From assembly GCA_039801885.1 (NCBI GenBank), contig JBDRVN010000035.1, positions 1-19,743 of the forward strand: DNA of 19,743 bases, in the 5' to 3' direction. The position numbers and the translations under genes are program-made. Under the pieces are notes generated by a model. The model was not told where the DNA came from. It saw only the letters and a list, made by a program, of their open reading frames with translations, and ran no database searches. Of the stretch, positions 8,608-15,682 are shown one piece after another (position 1 is the first letter of the stretch; the number at the start of each line of letters is the position of its first letter). This stretch comes from a candidate division WOR-3 bacterium (GTDB lineage: Bacteria > Hydrothermota > Tepidihabitantia > Tepidihabitantales > DTDR01).

Positions 8608-9305
8608 TGTTAAAATCAATTTTTGAATGGTTAAGTAATGCCTATCAGTCTTTCTCCATTCTTGCGATAGTTGCTTCTTTCTTTTGGGGAGTTTTAAGTA
8701 TTCTATTAAGCCCTTGCCATTTGGCAAGCATTCCTTTAATTATTGGTTATATTAGTGGCCAAGAAACTATCTCAGTAAAAAGGGCTTTCATTCTTTCTCT
8801 GCTTTTTTCTTTCGGAATATTAATAACAATTGCCTCTATCGGAATAATTACTGGCCTTTTAGGAAGAATCCTTGGTGATATTGGTAAATGGGGTAATTAT
8901 TTAGTAGGAATTATCTTTTTTATTTTCGGCCTTTATCTTTTAGAAATAATCAATATCTCTTTTTTAAATCCCAAAGAGGTGAGGTTTAAAAAGAAAGGAG
9001 AGATAGGTGCTTTTATTTTAGGAATTCTTTTTGGTATTGCTTTAGGACCCTGCACTTTCGCCTATATGGCTCCAATGTTGGCAATGATTTTTAAGATCAG
9101 CACTAAACAATTTTTTTTCGCCCTTTTTCTCATTCTTTTTTATGCTATTGGCCATTGTTCAATAATCACTGTTGCTGGCACATCAATTAAACTTGTCCAA
9201 AACTATCTTAATTGGAATTATAAATCAAAAGGAGTTTCGTATTTAAAAAAGATTTGCGGTATTTTTATAATTTTGGCTGGCTTTTATCTTTTTTGGAAAG
9301 CTTAA
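8607..9305 (+). CDS. ccdA: Cytochrome c biogenesis CcdA / DsbD transmembrane-domain protein
   Basis: LLSPCHLASIP and LGPCTF redox Cys-Pro motifs, about 6 TM helices. Confidence 0.85.
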   Translation: MLKSIFEWLSNAYQSFSILAIVASFFWGVLSILLSPCHLASIPLIIGYISGQETISVKRAFILSLLFSFGILITIASIGIITGLLGRILGDIGKWGNYLVGIIFFIFGLYLLEIINISFLNPKEVRFKKKGEIGAFILGILFGIALGPCTFAYMAPMLAMIFKISTKQFFFALFLILFYAIGHCSIITVAGTSIKLVQNYLNWNYKSKGVSYLKKICGIFIILAGFYLFWKA

Positions 9306-9324
9306 TTTTTAAAAAGGAGGTAAT

Positions 9325-9564
9325 ATGAAAATCATCATTGCTGGACCTGGTTGCCCAAGATGTCAGGCAACCGAAAAGAATGTAAGAGATGCCTGCGCTG
9401 AATTGGGAATTGCTTGTGAGATTACCCATATTTATGATATTAAAGAATTTGCCAAATTTGGTGTAATGTTAACACCAGCAGTAATTATTAATGATAAAGT
9501 TATTATCTCCGGAAAAGTACCAACAAAAGAAGAGATTAAAAAAGTCCTTCAAAGTAAAAAGTAA
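9325..9564 (+). CDS. Small redox-active disulfide protein (MTH895/Thioredoxin_3-like), copy 2
   Basis: GPGCPRC and GVMLTPAVIIN; paralogue of 6689-6928; SD AGGAGG. Confidence 0.9.
   Translation: MKIIIAGPGCPRCQATEKNVRDACAELGIACEITHIYDIKEFAKFGVMLTPAVIINDKVIISGKVPTKEEIKKVLQSKK
9337..9489 (+). repeat. Direct repeat copy 2 (thioredoxin core), pairs with 6701-6853
   Basis: 153 bp with 4 mismatches to copy 1. Confidence 0.92.
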
Positions 9565-9596
9565 TAAGAAATTTCATCCTTTCCAATGTCAATAAT

Positions 9597-9624
9597 TTGA
9601 ATTTTTAATAAAATTTATTATTAT
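9597..9624 (+). promoter_or_regulatory. Putative promoter of the small-protein/rocA unit
   Basis: TTGAAT-16 nt-TATTAT upstream of SD AAGGAGG and ATG 9647. Confidence 0.45.
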
Positions 9625-9646
9625 TTTTCTTTTAGAAGGAGGAATT

Positions 9647-9880
9647 ATGGAAAAAGGTATGAGAATTTTAGGTTATATTAATGTAGTAATTGGCATTATC
9701 TTTTTTACACCAATAAAACTTCTTTTTAATTTTGACTTCTTTTTGGCAGTTGGGTTGATTGTTAGTGGTGTTGTCTACATTATTTGGGCAGAAATTTTTT
9801 CCGACTTGGAAAATATCAAAAAGAATTTAAAAACCCTTAATGATGACCTATGGGAAATTAAAAATAAATTAAATATTTAA
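9647..9880 (+). CDS. Small two-TM hypothetical protein with coiled-coil-like tail
   Basis: Strong SD AAGGAGG; two hydrophobic segments followed by a heptad-like tail. Confidence 0.7.
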   Translation: MEKGMRILGYINVVIGIIFFTPIKLLFNFDFFLAVGLIVSGVVYIIWAEIFSDLENIKKNLKTLNDDLWEIKNKLNI

Positions 9881-9892
9881 AAAGGAGGTTTT

Positions 9893-11452
9893 ATGTTACC
9901 ACCTTTTAGAAATGAACCTTATTGGGACTTCTCAATTGAGAAAAATAGAAAGGAAATGGAGAATGCTTTAAAAAAAGTAAAAGATGAGTTTGAAAAGGAA
10001 TATCCATTAATTATCAACGGCAAAAAAATCTTTAAGGAAAAGAAATTTAAGTCAATAAATCCTTCCAATCCAAAAGAGGTTTTAGGCTATTTTCCCAAGG
10101 TTGATAAAGAAGATATTGATAAGGCAATTGAAGCTGGCTGGCAAGTTTTTCCCATTTTCTCTTCTTTACCCAAAGAAGAAAGAGCAAGTATTTTATTAAG
10201 GGCAGCAAATATAATGAGAAAGAGAAGATTTGAATTAGACGCGACAATTATCTTGGAAGTTGGCAAAAACTGGTTAGAAGCCGATGCCGATGTCTGTGAG
10301 GCGATTGATTTTTTAGAATTTTATGCCCGAGAAATTTTGCGATACCAAGGAGAATATGAATTGATAACATTACCTGGTGAAATGAACGAAATCCGTTATA
10401 TTCCTTTAGGAGTAGGTGCAGTAATCCCTCCTTGGAATTTTCCGTTGGCAATTTTAACCGGTATGACAAGTGCGGCAATTGTCTGTGGTAATCCGGTTAT
10501 CTTAAAACCAGCCTCTGATTCACCATTAATTGGTTATAAATTTTGTGAAATAATGATGGAAGCAGGTATACCTGATGGTGTTTTAAATTTTGTTACCGGT
10601 AGCGGCGGAGAAATTGGTGATTATTTAGTCTCCCATCCAAAAATTAGATTTATTGCCTTTACTGGTTCAAAGGATGTTGGTTTAAGAATCAATGAACTGG
10701 CAAGCAAGATTAATAAAGGTCAAATCTGGATAAAAAGAGTGATTGCGGAAATGGGTGGAAAAGATGCGATTATTATTGATAATGAGATTGAAGAATTATG
10801 GGAAGATGCCTTAAACGGTGTTTTGGCTTCTGCCTATGGTTTCCAAGGACAAAAATGTTCTGCCTGTTCCAGATTGATTTTACACAAAGATATCTACGAA
10901 AAGTTTTTACAAGATTTAAAGGGAAAAGTAAAGAATATCAAAATTGGTAATCCAGAAAAATATGAGAATTATTTAGGACCAGTAATAAATGAGAATGCCT
11001 ATAATAAAATCTTAAATTATATTGAAATCGGTAAAAAAGAAGGAAAACTTTTTTACGGTGGCAATGGTTTAAAAGAAGAACTCGGCGGCTATTTCATTGA
11101 ACCCACTATCTTTATTGATATATCTTATGATGCGAGAATTGCCCAGGAAGAGATATTTGGACCAGTTTTAAGCGTAATAAAAGCGAGTGACTTTGAAGAA
11201 GCCTTATATTTTGCCAATGCTAATGAATACGGTTTAACCGGTTCAATATATACCAAAAACCGGTTTAAGATAAAAGAAGGAAAAGATAAATTCTTTGTTG
11301 GCAATTTATATATCAATAGAAAATGTACCGGTGCCTTAGTAGGCGTCCATCCGTTCGGCGGCTTCAATATGTCCGGCACAGATTCCAAAGCAGGCGGTTT
11401 TGACTATCTTTTACTTTTTCTACAAGCAAAAGCAATAAGCGAGAAATTATAA
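9893..11452 (+). CDS. rocA: 1-pyrroline-5-carboxylate (glutamate-semialdehyde) dehydrogenase, RocA/PruA type
   Basis: [32 protein letters not shown], catalytic Cys in [18 protein letters not shown] and [17 protein letters not shown]. Confidence 0.93.
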   Translation: MLPPFRNEPYWDFSIEKNRKEMENALKKVKDEFEKEYPLIINGKKIFKEKKFKSINPSNPKEVLGYFPKVDKEDIDKAIEAGWQVFPIFSSLPKEERASILLRAANIMRKRRFELDATIILEVGKNWLEADADVCEAIDFLEFYAREILRYQGEYELITLPGEMNEIRYIPLGVGAVIPPWNFPLAILTGMTSAAIVCGNPVILKPASDSPLIGYKFCEIMMEAGIPDGVLNFVTGSGGEIGDYLVSHPKIRFIAFTGSKDVGLRINELASKINKGQIWIKRVIAEMGGKDAIIIDNEIEELWEDALNGVLASAYGFQGQKCSACSRLILHKDIYEKFLQDLKGKVKNIKIGNPEKYENYLGPVINENAYNKILNYIEIGKKEGKLFYGGNGLKEELGGYFIEPTIFIDISYDARIAQEEIFGPVLSVIKASDFEEALYFANANEYGLTGSIYTKNRFKIKEGKDKFFVGNLYINRKCTGALVGVHPFGGFNMSGTDSKAGGFDYLLLFLQAKAISEKL

Positions 11453-11485
11453 GATATTGAAATTAGATAACTTATAAATTATTAT
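11441..11485 (+). repeat. Left copy of a degenerate 45-bp direct repeat (pairs with 13711-13755), containing palindrome TAAGA-N15-ACTTA
   Basis: 36/45 ungapped identity with 13711-13755; it overlaps the rocA stop codon. Confidence 0.6.
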
Positions 11486-11596
11486 CGTTTACTAAAATAT
11501 TAATTATTAAAATAGCAAGATTTATCAATACTGATTTTTATTATATAATTATATATTGACTAATAAAATTTAATAAGTTGCCAATTTGGATATTTT

Positions 11597-11812
11597 TTAT
11601 AAGTATTTGATATTAAATTACTTACAATATTAAAAAGTTTCCTGTATGGAAACTTTTTATTTTGATAAATTTCTATATAAATGATGTAAATCTAAATACT
11701 TAGATGAAAATTATATGTCGGATAGGGGGCTATATAGTATACCACCTTGGAGAGCGCCTTGGAAGCAGTTTTTAAACAAATTACTTATAAGTATTTGATA
11801 ATTAACAACTTA
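11597..11812 (+). repeat. Cluster of TAAGT-N15-ACTTA palindromic, IHF-like sites
   Basis: Sites at 11600-11624, 11678-11702 (TAAAT variant) and 11788-11812. The exact 16-mer TTATAAGTATTTGATA occurs at 11597-11612 and 11785-11800 and matches YAANNNNTTGATW. Confidence 0.7.
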
Positions 11813-11990
11813 AACAATTTGAATTTAATAAACAAAAGAATTATAAAAGTTTTTACTTAAATTTTTTCCTGAAGCACTAAGGTAGAAAATTTCCCTTGAC
11901 AATATAAAAAAGCCTATATTTAATATGTGATACAAATGAAGAAAATATTGAAATTATTTTTAAATAAATTAAAATAAAAAAGGAAGAAAG

Positions 11991-12356
11991 ATGAAAGTAT
12001 TTAAATTATGGTTTAGTTTGTTATTAATTTTGTGTATTCATTCCTTAATGTATATTTGGGCAATCTCTGAAAGGAAGGAATTAGGTTGCCAAAATTGGAA
12101 ATGGGTAGCTAAGCACGGAGAAATATTTGGAACTTATTTAGAATGCTGGGTAGAGTTTAAATATCCAATAACTATAGCAACAGAATTAGAACAAAAAGGA
12201 GTTCATACTTTTTGGGTAGGACCTAATCCACCACCTCCTCCTCCCGCACCAAGAGGAGCATGTTTAGGAGTTGAACCCCACTTGCCACCGGAACCTTATG
12301 ATTTTGGAAAAGATGGATGGGAAACATATTACAGTTATTATTACACGATATTTTAA
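11991..12356 (+). CDS. Small exported Pro-rich hypothetical protein
   Basis: SD-like AAGGA; signal-peptide-like N-terminus; NPPPPPPAP tract; Tyr-rich C-terminus. Confidence 0.65.
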   Translation: MKVFKLWFSLLLILCIHSLMYIWAISERKELGCQNWKWVAKHGEIFGTYLECWVEFKYPITIATELEQKGVHTFWVGPNPPPPPPAPRGACLGVEPHLPPEPYDFGKDGWETYYSYYYTIF

Positions 12357-12366
12357 AATAACGGCT

Positions 12367-13665
12367 TTGGGGGCAAGCCTTATCGCCCCCATTTTATTTT
12401 ATTTCTCTTTTACCTACTCCCAAGAAATTCTTTGGGAAAAAAGGATTGATATTGGAAGAAGAGATTATATTAATAATTTTATCGTTTTCCCTGATAGAAA
12501 TATTGGAATTGTTGGTGTTTTTATAGATAGCATTCCTAATATTTTTCTTTATAAAATTTCTCCAAATGGCGATTCTATCTTTTTAAAAAGTTCTTCTCAA
12601 AAATGTTTTGATATATGGCCAACGGGTGCATTAATTGATGACGAAGAAAATATTTACTTAGTAGGATTGGGTGAGACAATAGGTGTAATCCCTTCTGATA
12701 CAATAAGATTTGGTTTTATTGCTAAATTTTCTGGACAAGGAGAGTTTATTTTTAGAAAAAATTTTTATTATGGAAGATTGGCGGAGTTTCTAGACATAAC
12801 CTTTTTAAATAATAGTATTTTTGTTTGCGGCCGTGTTGTGCCCAATTATCCTACCGGTTCTGAGTACGGAATTTTATTAAAATATGATAAAGAGGGAAAT
12901 TTACTCTGGCAAAGATTATTTAATCACCATTGTTTTGAAGGAATAGAAAATATGGACGGATATTTATATATCACAGGTACTCTTACAAGAACTATACCTC
13001 CACTTGGATTTCGGATATCTTTTATAAAGGCAGATACATTAGGAGATACATTAATAGTGAGAGGAGATATTGAAGCAAGCGGAGGAGAAATTGCTTTAGA
13101 CTCTTTTGGAAATATTTTAATTGCCGGCAATGGTCCTTATCCGGATTTAGGAATAAGATTACTCAAATATGACCAAAATGGCGATCTCAATTGGTATAGA
13201 ATTTATTTTTATGGAAATTGGGACTGGCCTACCTGTATGGAAGTAAATCCCTATGGTGAAATATTTTTAGGCAATTTCTTAGAAGTTCTTAATCCACTTA
13301 CTCACAAATGGCAATTAATCAAATATAATTCAATGGGAGAGATGATGTGGCAACATATTTATTCCTTGCCCGATTCCCTCGTGGTGATTGAAGCATTAAC
13401 AATTGTTAACAGAAACGAAATAATTGCTGGGGGAGTATCTTCCACCCGTGATTTAAATTTTAGTAATGGCATAGTAATAAAATACTTAGATAATTCAAAT
13501 ATAAAAGAAGATACTTTTCATTATAAACCAATTACTAATAAATTTTTAACTCAAATTTATGATATTACAGGAAAAAGAGTTTATAAAGATATTAACAAAC
13601 TTAGAAAAGGAGTTTATATTTTAGAAATAGATAAAAGAAAAAAGAAATTGATTATAATAAAATAA
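12367..13665 (+). CDS. Secreted beta-propeller protein with T9SS type-A-like C-terminal domain (start uncertain; TTG 12367 preferred over 12271)
   Basis: About 7 repeats of the form hydrophobic-K-Y-D-x-x-G-x-x-x-W (for example LLKYDKEGNLLW, LLKYDQNGDLNW). C-terminus IYDITGKRV...KGVYIL...KKLIIIK. The hydrophobic signal-like stretch LIAPILFYFSFTYS precedes Q. Confidence 0.75.
   Translation: MGASLIAPILFYFSFTYSQEILWEKRIDIGRRDYINNFIVFPDRNIGIVGVFIDSIPNIFLYKISPNGDSIFLKSSSQKCFDIWPTGALIDDEENIYLVGLGETIGVIPSDTIRFGFIAKFSGQGEFIFRKNFYYGRLAEFLDITFLNNSIFVCGRVVPNYPTGSEYGILLKYDKEGNLLWQRLFNHHCFEGIENMDGYLYITGTLTRTIPPLGFRISFIKADTLGDTLIVRGDIEASGGEIALDSFGNILIAGNGPYPDLGIRLLKYDQNGDLNWYRIYFYGNWDWPTCMEVNPYGEIFLGNFLEVLNPLTHKWQLIKYNSMGEMMWQHIYSLPDSLVVIEALTIVNRNEIIAGGVSSTRDLNFSNGIVIKYLDNSNIKEDTFHYKPITNKFLTQIYDITGKRVYKDINKLRKGVYILEIDKRKKKLIIIK
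12368..12400 (+). terminator. Intrinsic terminator-like hairpin after the small exported protein
   Basis: TGGGGGC-10 nt-GCCCCCA followed by TTTTATTTT, starting 11 nt after the stop codon at 12356. Confidence 0.6.
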
Positions 13666-13710
13666 CTGAAAGACTTTATTTAACCAAATAAAAATTATTT
13701 TTTTACTTTT

Positions 13711-13755
13711 GAGATAATATAAGTCATTTAAAATAGATTATTTATAAATAATTAT
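13711..13755 (+). repeat. Right copy of the degenerate 45-bp direct repeat, containing TAAGT-N15-ATTTA
   Basis: 36/45 ungapped identity with 11441-11485. Confidence 0.6.
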
Positions 13756-13795
13756 TAAAAAATTGGTGATTATTTAAGAAAATTAAATTTTTCTC

Positions 13796-13823
13796 TTGAC
13801 AAAATTAATTTTTTAGTTATACT
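13796..13823 (+). promoter_or_regulatory. Putative sigma70-type promoter of the GT2 operon
   Basis: TTGACA-16 nt-TATACT, 9 nt before the TTG start; no SD. Confidence 0.65.
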
Positions 13824-13832
13824 TAATATAAC

Positions 13833-14732
13833 TTGGGATTTAAAGTATCGGTCATTATACCTGCTTATAATGAAAGAGATAATATTTCTTTTTTATTTAA
13901 GGAATTAAAAGAAAAATTGCCTGAAAATTATGAAATAGTTTTGGTTGATGATGGTAGTGATGATGGAACTTATGAATTGGCTCTTGAAGAGGTAAAAAAA
14001 TATAGCAATATTAAAATATTAAAACATTTAAAAAATCAGGGGAAAACCGAAGCAATTATTACCGGCTTAAAGGCTTGTGAAGGTGATATTATTTGTATTT
14101 ATGATGCTGATTTACAATTCCTACCGGAAGATATTATCAATTTAGTTAAAAAAATAGAAGAGGGTTATGATTTGGTTTGTGGTTATAAAGTAGGTAAATA
14201 TGAAAAGAAGTTCGTATCAAAAACTTATAATTTCTTAGCAAGGTTATTATTTAAATTACCGGTAAGGGATATAAATGCTTTAAAGGTGATGAAAAAAGAG
14301 GTTTTATTAAATATGAAATTAAGAAAAGATTGGCATCGTTATATTGTACCATTAGCCCATTATCTGGGTTATAAAATCGGAGAGATTCCAGTAAAATTAA
14401 GAAAAAGGATGTTTGGCACTCCAAAATATTCTTCTAAAAAAAGGATAATAATTGGCTTTTTTGATTTATTAGCGGTTGCCTTTCAATTAACTTTCTTAAA
14501 GAAACCGATGCTTTATTTTGGCACAATTGGACTTTTCTCTTTATTTCTTGGTTTTATCATAGGTTTGATTTCTATAATTTTAAGGATTTTAGGCCATGGT
14601 TACAGACCTCTTTTATATTTGGTAATTTTATTAATTTTAGCCGGTATATTGTTTTTCAGTTTAGGTTTAATAGGTGAAGTTCAAGCAAGTATTATTGAAA
14701 GATTAGAAGATATTGAGAAAAGGATAAAATGA
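13833..14732 (+). CDS. GT2 glycosyltransferase (polyprenol-phosphate sugar transferase, DPM/ArnC/GtrB-like)
   Basis: VSVIIPAYNE, VDDGSDDGT, NQGK and DADLQ motifs; two C-terminal TM helices; TTG start. Confidence 0.88.
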   Translation: MGFKVSVIIPAYNERDNISFLFKELKEKLPENYEIVLVDDGSDDGTYELALEEVKKYSNIKILKHLKNQGKTEAIITGLKACEGDIICIYDADLQFLPEDIINLVKKIEEGYDLVCGYKVGKYEKKFVSKTYNFLARLLFKLPVRDINALKVMKKEVLLNMKLRKDWHRYIVPLAHYLGYKIGEIPVKLRKRMFGTPKYSSKKRIIIGFFDLLAVAFQLTFLKKPMLYFGTIGLFSLFLGFIIGLISIILRILGHGYRPLLYLVILLILAGILFFSLGLIGEVQASIIERLEDIEKRIK

Positions 14733-15682
14733 AAAAGGTTTTTAATTATTTAAGGATTATTATCGCCTTAATTTTACTTTATTATCTTTTAAAAAAGGTT
14801 GATTTAAAAGAGAGTTTAAAGGTATTAAGAATGCTAAATTTTTATTATCTATTTTTGGCAAGCTTTGCTTTTTTTATGTTTCTGATTATTTCTAATATAA
14901 GATGGAAAATGCTTTGCTCGTCTGTCCAAATAAATTCATCTTTTTCCTACTTATTAAAAGTCTATTTTGCTTCTTTATTTTTTAATAATATCTTACCGAC
15001 AACAATTGGTGGCGATGTGATTAGAATTGCCTATACAACAAAAGAAAAAGGGCTATCACCAGCTTTTTCCGCAGTTTTTGTTGATCGGGCAATTGGTTTT
15101 ATCGGTCTTTTTTTCTTTGCCTTAATTGCCTCTTTTTTTATCTTTTTAGAAAATAGAAATATTTATTATTTATGGCTTAATGCCTTGGGCACCTTGATTT
15201 TACTTTTAATCCTTTTTCTTTTATTCTCGGAAAAGTTTTATCTATTATTTAAAAAAATTTATTCCCAAATAAAAATATTAAAGATGGGTGAGAAAATTGA
15301 AAAACTTCATCTATCAATTATTGTTTTTAAAAACCACCAATTAACTCTGTTTTATAATTTCTGTTTTTCTTTACTTATCCAGTTTTTCCTTTCCTTAGTT
15401 TGGTATTTTGGTTCCAAGTCATTAAATACTAATCCGAAACTACTTCCTTATTTTCTTTATATTCCTTTGATTGGTATTATTACTATGTTACCAATCACGA
15501 TTGGTGGTTTAGGGATTCGAGAGAATTCTTTTACCATATTTTTTAGAAACGATTTAGGAGAGAATAATGCTCGGTTAGCAAGTTTAATATTTTTATTAAT
15601 CAATTTTTTCTTTTCTTTAATTGGTGGGATAATATTCTTATTTTTAAAAAGGGAGGATAAAAATGATTCAACCAAGAGTTGA
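14729..15682 (+). CDS. Lysylphosphatidylglycerol-synthase-TM / flippase-like (UPF0104) membrane protein
   Basis: RW, FFNNILPTTIGGDVIR, VFVDRAIG and LPITIGGLGIRE motifs; ATGA overlap with the GT2 stop. Confidence 0.85.
   Translation: MKKVFNYLRIIIALILLYYLLKKVDLKESLKVLRMLNFYYLFLASFAFFMFLIISNIRWKMLCSSVQINSSFSYLLKVYFASLFFNNILPTTIGGDVIRIAYTTKEKGLSPAFSAVFVDRAIGFIGLFFFALIASFFIFLENRNIYYLWLNALGTLILLLILFLLFSEKFYLLFKKIYSQIKILKMGEKIEKLHLSIIVFKNHQLTLFYNFCFSLLIQFFLSLVWYFGSKSLNTNPKLLPYFLYIPLIGIITMLPITIGGLGIRENSFTIFFRNDLGENNARLASLIFLLINFFFSLIGGIIFLFLKREDKNDSTKS

Noticed and set aside
5253-9564. Selenocysteine recoding in the ArsP/thioredoxin cluster
   Set aside because: All redox motifs (CSC, CPRC, CMPC, SPC/GPC) use Cys codons and the ORFs end in TAA at expected lengths.
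11896-11926. Promoter for the islet genes (TTGACA at 11896-11901)
   Set aside because: The -35 is perfect but there is no convincing -10 at 16-17 nt (TATATT at 13, TAATAT at 19), so it is not listed as a feature.
11453-11990. CRISPR array or replication origin in the AT-rich gap
   Set aside because: The repeats are degenerate and irregularly spaced (150, 78, 110 bp). There is no repeat-spacer periodicity and no cas genes, and I saw no DnaA-box cluster.
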